NCBI GenBank assembly: GCA_029862975.1
Contig: JAOTWP010000002.1
Coordinates: 26,287-90,286 of the forward strand
Length of the DNA: 64,000 nucleotides
Source of the DNA: Acidobacteriota bacterium
GTDB taxonomy: Bacteria; Acidobacteriota; Thermoanaerobaculia; Multivoradales; JAHEKO01
Direction: 5' to 3'
Shown in pieces: positions 11,547 to 20,823 of the stretch. Numbering within the stretch: position 1 is the first letter of the stretch; every line of letters begins with the position of its first letter. Under the pieces are notes generated by a model. That model was not told where the DNA came from and ran no database searches. It saw only the letters and a list, made by a program, of their open reading frames with translations. The translations under genes and the position numbers were made by a program.

Positions 11547-12751
11547 GGTTCGCGAAGTCGAACCGAGCGGCGTTCACCAACTTCCTGGCCGCCAGGTACG
11601 AGCGGCTCACCGGCACCACCACGGTCAGCTCACGTCCCTACTCCATGCTCGTCGACGTGGCGGCCAACTGCCACCTGCGCTGCCCCTCGTGCCCGACCGG
11701 GGTCGAGAACGAGGCCCATCGCAGAGGGGATTCGCAACGCTTCCGGGATCGCGGCCTGATGGGGCGGGAGCTCTTCGCCGCGCTCCTCGACGAGATCGGT
11801 GCCTGCCTGTTCCATCTGATGCTCTACAACTGGGGGGAGCCGCTCTTCCACCCCGAGCTGCCGCTCTTCATCGCCAAGGCGAAGCAGCTCGACATCACGA
11901 CCGAGATCCACACCAATCTCTCTCTGCAACTCTCCGAGAGTCGTATGAGGTCTCTCCTGGAGGCGGGCATCGACGAGATCGCAGCCTCGATCGACGGCTT
12001 CTCGCAGCAGTCGTATTCGACCTATCGCCGCGGCGGCGACTTCGAGCTGGCGCGCGACAATCTCGTCCGGCTCGCCGAGCTTCGCACCGATCTCGGACTC
12101 GGGACCAGGATCGTGTGGAACTGCCTCGTGTTCTCGTTCAACGAGCGCGAGCTCGAGGCCGCGGAGGCCTTCTGCTGCGAGCACGGGATCGTCTTCCAGC
12201 GTCGCGAGGCCGCGATCGACGTCGGAAGGACGCCCGGATGGGTGCCGAGTCATCGCCGTCACGAGCTGGCCGGGCCGCGGACCCCGGTCGCCGCGGCGGC
12301 GGCGCACGAGCAAGAAGTGCCGCCGCGACCCTCGTCCTGTGGCTGGCATTACTCCTTCTCCGTCGTCAACGTCAGCGGGTCGATCTCGCCCTGCTGTGCG
12401 GTTTGGAGCCAGGAGCACGACATCGGCCGGTTCGACGGCGACCGCGAGCGCTTCGCGTCGATCTGGAACGGCCCGGAGCTTCGCGGTGCGCGCGCCCTTG
12501 CCAACCCCGAGCGCGGAGCCGCCGAGCCGGCAGGCCACGCCATCTTGTGCCAGGCCTGCCCCTTCGATGATGGCGTCAAGGACCTCTACTCTCCCTTCGA
12601 CGCCGATGTCAAACGTCGCTTTGACGAGGTCTTCGGGCGCACCGACCCCATGCTCGCCGCCGCCTTCGACCTCGTGACGGAGCGGCCCGACGAGTTCGTC
12701 GAGTTCTACCGTGCCCATCGGGAACGGATCGAGAATGGAGCAGGCCGATGA
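11543..12751 (+). CDS. Radical SAM / SPASM-domain enzyme.
   Basis: CX3CX2C motif CHLRCPSC at about residues 43-50. C-terminal Cys-rich domain SCGW...PCCAVW...IWNG...CQACP. Stop overlaps the start of the sulfatase-like gene (ATGA at 12748-12751). Confidence 0.75.
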   Translation: MRFAKSNRAAFTNFLAARYERLTGTTTVSSRPYSMLVDVAANCHLRCPSCPTGVENEAHRRGDSQRFRDRGLMGRELFAALLDEIGACLFHLMLYNWGEPLFHPELPLFIAKAKQLDITTEIHTNLSLQLSESRMRSLLEAGIDEIAASIDGFSQQSYSTYRRGGDFELARDNLVRLAELRTDLGLGTRIVWNCLVFSFNERELEAAEAFCCEHGIVFQRREAAIDVGRTPGWVPSHRRHELAGPRTPVAAAAAHEQEVPPRPSSCGWHYSFSVVNVSGSISPCCAVWSQEHDIGRFDGDRERFASIWNGPELRGARALANPERGAAEPAGHAILCQACPFDDGVKDLYSPFDADVKRRFDEVFGRTDPMLAAAFDLVTERPDEFVEFYRAHRERIENGAGR

Positions 12752-14376
12752 GCGGCCGGTCCAGGGGGCTGGGCGTCGTCTGCCTGGCCATGGCCGTGGT
12801 TGCGACCGGCGGCTGCGAGCAGCCGCCGCGTCAGACGCGGGGTTACGTCCTGATCTCCGTCGACACCTTGCGCGCCGATCACCTCGGCGTGTATGGCTAC
12901 GGGCGCGACACCAGCCCTTTCCTCGACCAGCTCTCCGAGCGTGCCTTGGTCTTCGAGCACGCCTTCTCGCAGTTTCCCGGAACGCTACCGTCGCACATGT
13001 CGATGTTCACCGGTCTCTACCCCTCCGAGCACGGCGTCTTCCCGCCAGCGAGCGTCCTCGACGAGGAGGTCGAATCGCTGCCGGCCGTGTTTCGGCGCGG
13101 GGGATTCCGGACGGCCGGCTACACGGAAGGCGGCTACATGTCCGGGCACTGGGGATTCTCGCGGGGCTTCGAGCAGTTCAGCGACCGGACCGCGCACATG
13201 GCAACCGACGTCGAGGTCACCCTGGAGCGTGCGGGGAGCTTCCTGCGTGGGCTCGAGGATGGCGAGCGGTTCTTCCTCTTTATTCACACCTACGCCGTCC
13301 ACGACCCCTACTTTCCCCCCCAGCGGTACCGCGCCCTGTTCTGGGACGGCGAGGCTCCTGACACGTTTGCGCCGACCGGGCCGAATCTCGTGGAGGTCAA
13401 TCGCGGGGAGCGCGCCGTCACCCGCGTCGCCGTCGACTATTACGAGGCGTTGTACGACGCTGGAATCCGCTACGTCGACGACTGTCTGCGGGACTTCTTC
13501 ACCCTGCTCGACGACCTCCGGCTCGCCTCGGACACGACCGTCGTCCTGACCTCGGACCACGGCGAGGAGTTCCTGGACCACGGCAGGCTGGTTCACGAGC
13601 AGATGTACCGGGAGCTACTCCACGTCCCGCTCATCGTGGTCCATCCGGACCTGACGAGCGGGCGCCGAATCCCGGCTCTCACCCAGAGCATCGACATCGC
13701 GCCGACCTTGTACGAGCTGGCCGGAATCGAGGACCCACCTCGCATGTCCGGCCGCAGCCTGGTCGACGTCCTCGAGGGCGAGAGTGATCGCCTTCGCCCC
13801 GATGCGTACGCGGAGGGCGGCCCGATCGACCGCACACTCTTCCTGCAACGTGGCGAGCAGCTCTTCCAGTACCTGCGGTTCTTTCCGACCACCACTCCCA
13901 ACGGCAGGTGGCAGAGTGACTCGCTCGAGCTGAGGGTGCCGTCGCCGCGGCTCGAGCTCCGGGTCCGCAGCTTCTACGAGCCGCGCCGTTTGACCCTGAG
14001 CGTCGCGGGGGAGGTGATCTCGGAGCTGGACGTCGAACCGACACCGCGCAGGGTCGCGGTGGATCTCGGACTGCCGGACCGGACCGTGAAGATCGAGGCG
14101 GACGGATGCGTCGTGCCCGCGGCGGTCGGAGTCAGCGCGGACACACGGTGCCTCGCCTTCATGGTCGATCACCTCGACCTCGGGCGCGCCGAACTCTACG
14201 AGATCGGCAGTGACCCTCGGGAGACCATTGACCTGACGACGATCGATCCCGAGCTCGCCGAGAGGCTACGCCATCGCCTCAAGGGCTACGACGACAGAGT
14301 CCCCGTCGGCGCCCGCACCACCCGCGAGCTCCCGCCGGAGGTCAGAAGACAGCTCGAAGCCCTCGGCTATCTCTAG
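12748..14376 (+). CDS. Sulfatase-family (alkaline-phosphatase superfamily) lipoprotein carrying Thr at the FGly position (Thr-type sulfatase-like hydrolase/transferase).
   Basis: Lipobox ATGGC. Metal-site motif ISVDTLRADHLGVYGY. The nucleophile loop TLPSHMSMFTG aligns to the sulfatase CSPSRxxLLTG loop with T for C and H for R. LTSDHGEEF motif is present. The C-terminus LEALGYL is shared with two paralogues. Confidence 0.8.
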   Translation: MSGRSRGLGVVCLAMAVVATGGCEQPPRQTRGYVLISVDTLRADHLGVYGYGRDTSPFLDQLSERALVFEHAFSQFPGTLPSHMSMFTGLYPSEHGVFPPASVLDEEVESLPAVFRRGGFRTAGYTEGGYMSGHWGFSRGFEQFSDRTAHMATDVEVTLERAGSFLRGLEDGERFFLFIHTYAVHDPYFPPQRYRALFWDGEAPDTFAPTGPNLVEVNRGERAVTRVAVDYYEALYDAGIRYVDDCLRDFFTLLDDLRLASDTTVVLTSDHGEEFLDHGRLVHEQMYRELLHVPLIVVHPDLTSGRRIPALTQSIDIAPTLYELAGIEDPPRMSGRSLVDVLEGESDRLRPDAYAEGGPIDRTLFLQRGEQLFQYLRFFPTTTPNGRWQSDSLELRVPSPRLELRVRSFYEPRRLTLSVAGEVISELDVEPTPRRVAVDLGLPDRTVKIEADGCVVPAAVGVSADTRCLAFMVDHLDLGRAELYEIGSDPRETIDLTTIDPELAERLRHRLKGYDDRVPVGARTTRELPPEVRRQLEALGYL

Positions 14377-16358
14377 CGCCCCGCGGTCTCTTCACCGACG
14401 ATCGGAGAGCCCGGGTCGGTCGGGTTGCCGGAGAGGCGCCCACCCGTCTTTGCCGCATCCGCGTTCACCTGGCGCGTCAGGCGCGGGACCCACTCCGGGA
14501 CGTAGACTCCGAGAAGACAGGTCAAGGCAATCAGGAGCCACTCGGGAGAGGCGAGAGGGATGTGGGGCTCCAGGTACAGGCTGGCGGCCACTGCCCCGGA
14601 CAAGGCGACTCCTCCCTTGACGAGAAGCCACCGCCGGCGGCCTCTACGCCCGCCCAGCGCCTTGCGCCAGGTCCATGGCTCCGGGTCTTCCCACCCGTGC
14701 TGCCAACAGCGATTGAAGCGTTCGAAGAGCGCGGCCCGCCGAGCCAGATCGGCCCCGGGCGGGCCGAGCACCGCCGCATCCTGCCGATGATTGAAGACCG
14801 ACACCCCTCTCACGCAGACGGCTTCCGAGCCCGTCGCCTGCAGAGTGAAGCGCCCCGCTTGGACGAACGGCAGTGCGGCCTGGATCGACGTCCACGCCGC
14901 AGGGATCGGTCCCAGCCGGACCTCTTGCAGATCTTCGGTCTCGAATCGTACGGACAGCGCCGCGCGGCCCGCGGAACGGACTTCCGCTCGCATCATGAAC
15001 GGCCTTTCCGGCGTGTGCCGGCCGGGGTTCCATCCTGCTTCGATCTCCTGGCTCACGGACGATCCAGGGGGGAGCACCAGACAGGACGCCGCATCGGCTC
15101 CGTGCATCACGGACGGTCCGTCCGCGCCTGTCGTTTCGACCCGCCATCCACTCAACCCCGATGCAAAGTTGGAGTTGAGCAGGATGTTGCTCTCGGTCGG
15201 CTCGAGACTCCAGAACGCATATCCGATCGTCCGCTCGTAGATGATCGGCATCGCCCGCTCCAGGAAGCGGAGGACTTGCGCCTCTCCCTGAAACCGCGAC
15301 GCAAAGGAGAAGCCGGGCGTGGAATCGTCGACGTTGAGCTGACTCACGAAAATCGGTCGGCCGGCCGCCTGGAGCGCCAGCTGCCGGAGGAGATCTCGAA
15401 GGTTGGCGAGCGCGACGTCGGGATCGAGGAAACGGCCGTCATTGCTGGCCCCCCAGGTACCGTTCCAGCAGAAGCTCACGACGTCGTACGCTTCGGGGAG
15501 CTTCCAGGTCCGCTCGTGGTCGAGCCAGGCCAGGGACCCCCCTTCGTCGATCCAGGAATCGGGGTCGACCCTGACCTCGAACGACAGCCGAGCGTCCGGA
15601 TCCCCCTTCTTCACGGCTCTGCCGATCGTCGGGAGGATCCGCTCCTGGAGGCGTTCGTCGCTGAACAACAGGAGATCGCGATATGCGAGTGACGCGGGCG
15701 TCGGCAGCGGCACGTTCTCGTAGCGTTCATGGTCGGTATCCCAGCGTTGATTCCAGTCCGACAGGCTCCGTCGACGGAGGTAGTCCTGGAAGCTCCGGCT
15801 CTCGCGGGCGGCCGTCAGTCGCCGCTCCCGATCGCCGCTCGTCACGCCGAGATAACACTGGAGGTCCTCCAGGGAATGGAGGAGGAAGAGAACGTTGCGG
15901 CGCCCCGCGAGTCGCCGCGCGGTCTCGCCGGAGAACTCGGCGTAGGCTTCGATCTCCGAGTCATCGAGGAACAGCGAGTGTGCGTTGTAGCACCCTCCCG
16001 CGATCCCTCGAGGAACGTGCTCGGCCGAACCGACTCTGAGGATCGCGTACATCCTCATCGCCTCGAGCCGGTCGAGCAGATGGTCGAGCCGGCCATACGC
16101 GTCGTCGTCGTAGACCGGCGGATCGACACGGGGCTGGAATACTCCCCACGGCAGCGAGACCAGCCCGGTGTTGAAATGAAGACCGGCCAGCCGAGTCAAC
16201 TCGGCGTCGACCGCGGCGGCAGTGAAGTTCGACCAGAGGTTGTAGTTCCAGTTTCCCTGCCAGCAGAAGGCACCGGAGATTCGAAACTCGGGGAATCGCA
16301 AGGCCTCGGCGGCCGGCAGGAACGGCCGCGTCCTCCAGTCGCGGATCGGCGCCTCCAT
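14373..16358 (-). CDS. Putative glycoside-hydrolase-like protein (TIM-barrel, cellulase-like) with a CBM4/9-like domain and a C-terminal transmembrane anchor.
   Basis: 661 aa. The central region ends with NILLNSNFASGLSGW, a typical CBM4_9 N-terminal motif. Two C-terminal hydrophobic helices are present and there is no N-terminal signal peptide. High GC3. Confidence 0.45.
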   Translation of the reverse strand: MEAPIRDWRTRPFLPAAEALRFPEFRISGAFCWQGNWNYNLWSNFTAAAVDAELTRLAGLHFNTGLVSLPWGVFQPRVDPPVYDDDAYGRLDHLLDRLEAMRMYAILRVGSAEHVPRGIAGGCYNAHSLFLDDSEIEAYAEFSGETARRLAGRRNVLFLLHSLEDLQCYLGVTSGDRERRLTAARESRSFQDYLRRRSLSDWNQRWDTDHERYENVPLPTPASLAYRDLLLFSDERLQERILPTIGRAVKKGDPDARLSFEVRVDPDSWIDEGGSLAWLDHERTWKLPEAYDVVSFCWNGTWGASNDGRFLDPDVALANLRDLLRQLALQAAGRPIFVSQLNVDDSTPGFSFASRFQGEAQVLRFLERAMPIIYERTIGYAFWSLEPTESNILLNSNFASGLSGWRVETTGADGPSVMHGADAASCLVLPPGSSVSQEIEAGWNPGRHTPERPFMMRAEVRSAGRAALSVRFETEDLQEVRLGPIPAAWTSIQAALPFVQAGRFTLQATGSEAVCVRGVSVFNHRQDAAVLGPPGADLARRAALFERFNRCWQHGWEDPEPWTWRKALGGRRGRRRWLLVKGGVALSGAVAASLYLEPHIPLASPEWLLIALTCLLGVYVPEWVPRLTRQVNADAAKTGGRLSGNPTDPGSPIVGEETAGR

Positions 16359-16420
16359 GGTCGCCGAATCATCGCATAGGCGCCCGGAGCCTCGAGGGGG
16401 CGCGTCAACAACAGTCCAGG

Positions 16421-17626
16421 CTAGCCTTCAAGACGCGCGACGCGGATCGTCGAGACGCCCTCGCCGGCCGCCGTCTCGACCCAGGCGACGAAGAGCTCGG
16501 CGCCGGCCCGGGCCAGGCGTGGGATGCCGCTGGCCCGCGAGGCGGCGGTCGTCGCGACCGTGCGGCTCTCGAGGATCCCGGAGCCGTCGACGCGGGCCAG
16601 GCGCAGCTGAGCCCCGTCGCCGGCGGCCGCGAGCCAGCTGACCCAGGCGCCGCCGCCCGCCGCCAGCGCCAGGTCGACGCGCCCCAGGGGGGTGCCGTCG
16701 TCGACGACGACGGGGGCGCCGAAGCTCGCGCCCGCGTCCGTCGAGAAGGCGACCTGGACGCGCGGCCGCTGGTCGGCGGCGGTGAACCAGGCCGCGGCCA
16801 CCTCGCGCCCCCGGGCCTCCGCCGCCGGGCCGTTGACCGGGCAGCCGGGGATCGTCCAGCCGTCGTCGTGCAGCGTCGCCGGAGCGGTCCAGCCGGCGGG
16901 GGTGCGGCGCGTCACGCCGATGTCGCGCACTTCCTCCCGCGAGCGATCGCGGTAGAACGCGATCGGGCTTCCGGCGGCGGCCACGAGCTCCGCCGGGCAG
17001 CACTCGCACACCCGCGCGTCGAGGACCTCCGCGGTCCCGACCGTCTCGCCGACCGGCGCGGTGCGCAAGGCCATCGGCCCGCCGTCGAGCATCGCCCGGC
17101 CGTCCAGCCACACGGCGCGCAGGCCGTCGCCTTCCGCCGTCCAGGCCACGAAGCCGTGCTCGGTGGGCGTCCCGTCGTCGTGGAGCATCCCCCGCGGCTG
17201 CCAGGTCACGCCGCCGTCGGTCGAGCGGGCCAGGAAGATGCCGTAGGCGTAGGTCTCCTCTCCGAGCTTCGCCAGCCAGTGGGCCCACAGGGTACCGTCG
17301 CCGGCCAGGGCGAGCTTGGGAACGTCGGCCCAGTTGGCGAAGAAGTCCGTCCCCTCGGCGATGACGGCCGGCTCGCTCCACGCGCCGTCGTGCAGGCGGG
17401 AGGCGACCAGGCGCCAGGACGGCTCGAGCCACGAGAGCAGGAGGTCGTCGCCGTCGGTCACGAGGTGTGGTGCGATCGCCCCCGGCCCCGCCGGGGGCTG
17501 GGCCGTGGCCTCCGGCGCCGCCGGAGGCGTCGCCTCCGGGGCGCCGCAGGCGACCGCGGCCAGGGCGGCGAGCAGACCGGGCAGCAGTCCATGCCCCCAG
17601 GCTCGAATGCGGCGCGGGTGGGTCAT
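16421..17626 (-). CDS. BNR/Asp-box repeat (sialidase-fold) lipoprotein.
   Basis: True start is the internal ATG at 17626 (MTHPRRIR...), followed by a signal peptide with lipobox AAVACG. BNR motifs STDGGVTW and FSTDAGASF. The 665-aa track ORF is an N-terminal over-extension. Confidence 0.65.
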   Translation of the reverse strand: MTHPRRIRAWGHGLLPGLLAALAAVACGAPEATPPAAPEATAQPPAGPGAIAPHLVTDGDDLLLSWLEPSWRLVASRLHDGAWSEPAVIAEGTDFFANWADVPKLALAGDGTLWAHWLAKLGEETYAYGIFLARSTDGGVTWQPRGMLHDDGTPTEHGFVAWTAEGDGLRAVWLDGRAMLDGGPMALRTAPVGETVGTAEVLDARVCECCPAELVAAAGSPIAFYRDRSREEVRDIGVTRRTPAGWTAPATLHDDGWTIPGCPVNGPAAEARGREVAAAWFTAADQRPRVQVAFSTDAGASFGAPVVVDDGTPLGRVDLALAAGGGAWVSWLAAAGDGAQLRLARVDGSGILESRTVATTAASRASGIPRLARAGAELFVAWVETAAGEGVSTIRVARLEG

Positions 17627-18294
17627 TCCGCGAGGAGAAGGCGCACGCGCGCCATCTTGCGCTCTAGCGAGATCTCGACCGGCGTCGCGGCCGCGTCCGC
17701 GGCCAGATAGATGTCGAGCCGGCCCTTCCAGACCCGCTCGCCGGGGACCCGCCGCCCGCGCACGGCGTAGTGGCGCGCCGCCACCTGCCGGTCGCCCAGC
17801 GAGCGCATGGCGTGCTCGCGGGGGAAGATCGTCACCGGGTAGATCTTGCCGTCGTTCCAGATCCGCAGGTCGACCGGTGCAGCGGGCTGGAGGCGTCGCA
17901 ACAAGGTGATTCCCGAGGCGATGTCGATGACCGACTCCTCGTCGAACTCCGACTCCTTGAAATCGGTCTTGCCGCGGTACTTGTAGGTGCTCCAGGCTTT
18001 GAGGGTCCGCCCGTCGGCCGGGTCGATCTGGGCTCCGTAGCGCCAGAACTCGCCCTGGGCGGCGGGCGAGGTGATGTCGAGCTCCACCTCGAGACCGCCC
18101 TCGACGGTGCGGCGGGTCGCCAGCACGCCGTCGCCGCGGCCCGGCAGGAACACCCGCGCCACGGTGCCGAAGAAGCCGCCGAGGACCCATCGGTAGCGCA
18201 GCGTCTCGCTCTCGTGGGCGGCCAGCGGGGGCGCGGCGACGAGCGGCAGCAACGTCGCGCCGAGCAGCATCCACGGTGTCGCCTGGCTTCTCAT
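17623..18294 (-). CDS. Secreted hypothetical protein (DUF3108-like).
   Basis: Signal peptide MRSQATPWMLLGATLLPLVAAPPLAA. 223 aa. Its stop overlaps the start of the BNR gene (ATGA at 17623-17626). Confidence 0.5.
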   Translation of the reverse strand: MRSQATPWMLLGATLLPLVAAPPLAAHESETLRYRWVLGGFFGTVARVFLPGRGDGVLATRRTVEGGLEVELDITSPAAQGEFWRYGAQIDPADGRTLKAWSTYKYRGKTDFKESEFDEESVIDIASGITLLRRLQPAAPVDLRIWNDGKIYPVTIFPREHAMRSLGDRQVAARHYAVRGRRVPGERVWKGRLDIYLAADAAATPVEISLERKMARVRLLLAE

Positions 18295-18395
18295 CGCGCG
18301 GACTATATCCTCGGCTCCAACCGCGACATCCGGCGGCGACGGGGCCTCCGCCGGGCTCCGGCCCCGGCGTCCGGAGGGCCGCGGCCGCTCCAGCC

Positions 18396-19850
18396 TCAAC
18401 CGGCGCCGGCGTCGACATCCGGCCCGGGCGCCACGGTGTCGCTGGGGCACGCGGGCAGCGCGATCTCGAGGATCGCCTCGACCTGCGTGCCGTCGTCGTA
18501 GAGCAGCTCGACCTCGAGGTAGACCTCGTCCTGCTCGGCCAGGGAGAGCGTCGGCCCGTTGCCGCCGTTGAACTTGAGCACCAGGACGTCGCTCACCCCG
18601 TCGCCGTCGAAGTCGAACTTCGTGCCGCTCGCCAGCAGCGTGGTCGAGTCGGCGAGCCGCGAGGCGTCGCAGGCGAAGAAGAGGTACTCCGTGCCGAAGC
18701 CCTGGGTCGACCAGGCGTGGACGGCCCGGCCGCGGTTGTCGATGCTGATCCCTTCCACCACCGCCTGCGGGAGGAGGACGGCGTCGAGGGTCTCGTTCGA
18801 CTCCCACAGGACCGGCTCGCCGTCGTAGGCGAGAAAGTGGTCGCCGCTCGAGTCGGCGTCGGTCTCGCCGGAGGCGAGATAGTGGCCGTGATCGTTGATC
18901 GCCACCAGGTCGAAGTCGTGGAACGTGCCGTTGGCCGTCTCGTCGCCGCGCCGCATCGGCAGGGTGCCGTCGACGTAGACGGCCGGCAGCGCCGCCCGGC
19001 CGCGCTCGGGATCGACGACGTTGGCCACCTGGATGACGTGCTCGCCGTCGTCCGAGGCCTGATACTCGAGGCGCAGGCCGTTCATGAAGGCGATGACGGC
19101 GCCGTCCACCTCGTCGCCCGATTGCAGCACGGGCTCGATCGCGGAGCTGCCGGCGTCCGCGGCCGTGTAGAGGACCTGGCTCACGGTCTCCCGCCGCTTC
19201 ATGCCCTCGCGCAAGGGCGTCCGCACCTCGCTGACCCAGAAGGACCGGCCCGCCGGCGTCATCGTCGGCCGGTTGATGCTCTCCACCGTGCTGCCCTCCG
19301 GGAAGCCCGGGGCGGCCATCCCGGCGCCGAGCACGAGCCCCTGGTCGGACCACAAGGAGTCGACGCCGTTGACGAGCGGGCTGTAGACGAACTCGGCCGT
19401 GTCGCTGACGCCCAGAGTACCTTCGGCGCCGTCGAGCCCGTCCTCGGGATGGTCGCTGTTGAGCCACAGAATCGAGCCGTCGTACCAGATGAAAAAGTCC
19501 TCGACGCCGTCGCGGTCGAGCGCCCCGGCCAGCGCGGGCCGCCCCAGCCCGTTGGTGAAGGCCGGGTTGATCCGCTCGACCGGCGCTCCGTTGGCCCCCT
19601 CCGGAACGTCGCCGTCCTCGAGGATCACTCGCGGCAGCGCGGCGGCGTCCGCGCTCTCCCGCGGCAGGGTGGCTGCACCGGCGGGCGCCGCCGGCTCGAC
19701 GGCCGGCTCGACGGCTGGCTGGGAGCGAACGACGGCTGCGGCTGCCGGCCGCGGCGCGTCCGAGGCCACCGCCGCGCAGGCCAGGCTGCCGGCGGACGCG
19801 CCGGTGAGAAGGGCCGCGATGACGATCCCGCGGGGCGCTCTTTCGTTCAT
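18396..19850 (-). CDS. Secreted hypothetical protein.
   Basis: Start is at internal ATG 19850 (MNERAPRGIVIAALLTGASAGSLACAAVAS signal peptide). 484 aa, Asp/Gly-rich and beta-rich. High GC3. Confidence 0.5.
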   Translation of the reverse strand: MNERAPRGIVIAALLTGASAGSLACAAVASDAPRPAAAAVVRSQPAVEPAVEPAAPAGAATLPRESADAAALPRVILEDGDVPEGANGAPVERINPAFTNGLGRPALAGALDRDGVEDFFIWYDGSILWLNSDHPEDGLDGAEGTLGVSDTAEFVYSPLVNGVDSLWSDQGLVLGAGMAAPGFPEGSTVESINRPTMTPAGRSFWVSEVRTPLREGMKRRETVSQVLYTAADAGSSAIEPVLQSGDEVDGAVIAFMNGLRLEYQASDDGEHVIQVANVVDPERGRAALPAVYVDGTLPMRRGDETANGTFHDFDLVAINDHGHYLASGETDADSSGDHFLAYDGEPVLWESNETLDAVLLPQAVVEGISIDNRGRAVHAWSTQGFGTEYLFFACDASRLADSTTLLASGTKFDFDGDGVSDVLVLKFNGGNGPTLSLAEQDEVYLEVELLYDDGTQVEAILEIALPACPSDTVAPGPDVDAGAG

Positions 19851-19942
19851 GGCCCTGTAATCCACGGTCGGCGATGCTGCGTTCGCGATGACGGACTCTT
19901 CGAGAGCGCGAACGACTCTTGGCCGGGTGCCACGCCGGCCGC

Positions 19943-19970
19943 TTGCGTTCGCGCGGCCCCATGCTATCAT
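19943..19970 (+). promoter_or_regulatory. Candidate sigma70-type promoter, TTGCGT - 16 nt - TATCAT, upstream of the secreted-protein gene at 20136.
   Basis: The -35 TTGCGT lies at 19943-19948 and the -10 TATCAT at 19965-19970 with a 16-nt spacer. The region is locally lower in GC and is flanked by GCGTTCGCG inverted repeats. Confidence 0.3.
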
Positions 19971-20135
19971 CGGAGGTCCGAGTGAAACGATGGACTCGAC
20001 GCCAGGGCAAGCCGCCCAGCAAGCGGTCTCGAGAACGTCGCAGCGACGTGGCGAAATCCGCTTGCACGGCCAAAAGCGCTATGCTAGCGTGCCGCTCACC
20101 AAGGTACTGAGAACCGACTTCTGGAGGAATCGACA

Positions 20136-20798
20136 ATGACCAAGACCTTCCGCGTGCTGTCTCTGCTTGGTGCGGCCGCACTCATCTCGATGGCGGCGAG
20201 CGCCAACACCTCGCTGGCCGTCACCAACGCCGCGGCCATCGACGGCAACTTCGGCCTCGAGGTGATCTTCGACGGCACGACGACGAACGCGTTCGTCGAG
20301 GACCAGACGCCGGCCGACGAGTCCACCTACAACGTCGAGTTCAAGCTCCGGGCCAACAACCTCACCATCCTCGCCGCCAACGACGCGACCTCTCGTCACG
20401 AGGTCTTCGCCGGCCGCTTCCCCGCCAACCTGATCCGGATGGAGATCCACTGCCGCCTCGCCCCGGGTGGTCCCGGCACCGGCAACTGCGGCCCCGGCAA
20501 CGACGGCCAGTGGCGCGCCAAGGCCTACGCCCGCAACGACAACAACACCTGGAAGTTCTGCGGCCAGACCGGCTTCGTGCCCACCGGCAACACGACCTAC
20601 CAGATCGAGTGGGTCCAGGGCTCCGGCGGCGCCGACGGCTCGATCCGCTTCCTCAAGAACGGCGTCGAGGTTCGCCTCTGCAACAACGTCGACAACGACG
20701 ACCGTGGCATCAACGCGGCCCGCATGGGCGCCACGGGCCGGGTCGATGCCACGACCTCCGGCACGTCCCACATGGACTCGTTCGTCTCGACCCGCTAG
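20136..20798 (+). CDS. Secreted hypothetical protein (Asn/Thr/Gly-rich, 220 aa).
   Basis: GGAGG sits 8 nt upstream of the ATG. Signal peptide MTKTFRVLSLLGAAALISMAASA. High GC3. Followed by a canonical terminator. Confidence 0.65.
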   Translation: MTKTFRVLSLLGAAALISMAASANTSLAVTNAAAIDGNFGLEVIFDGTTTNAFVEDQTPADESTYNVEFKLRANNLTILAANDATSRHEVFAGRFPANLIRMEIHCRLAPGGPGTGNCGPGNDGQWRAKAYARNDNNTWKFCGQTGFVPTGNTTYQIEWVQGSGGADGSIRFLKNGVEVRLCNNVDNDDRGINAARMGATGRVDATTSGTSHMDSFVSTR

Positions 20799-20823
20799 GT
20801 CGGATCCCAGCACCAGAGAAGGA

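Noticed and set aside
10479-12751. Interpretation of the radical SAM pair as anaerobic sulfatase-maturating enzymes for the adjacent sulfatase-like gene.
   Set aside because: The adjacent and paralogous sulfatase-like proteins have Thr, not Cys/Ser, at the FGly position (TLPSH). There is therefore no FGly substrate. The function is left open.
16421-18418. 665-aa single ORF in the track.
   Set aside because: It is an N-terminal over-extension. The downstream internal ATG (17626) starts a signal peptide with a lipobox, and the upstream part overlaps a separate DUF3108-like gene in another frame.
19919-20139. Small ORFs (63 aa basic peptide from a GTG, or a 50-aa ORF ending in ATGA) in the leader of the 20136 gene as genuine genes.
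   Set aside because: GC3 is only ~62-67 % in both frames, versus much higher in real genes here. The SD-supported GTG lies upstream of the predicted TSS. Kept only as a note in the leader-region finding.
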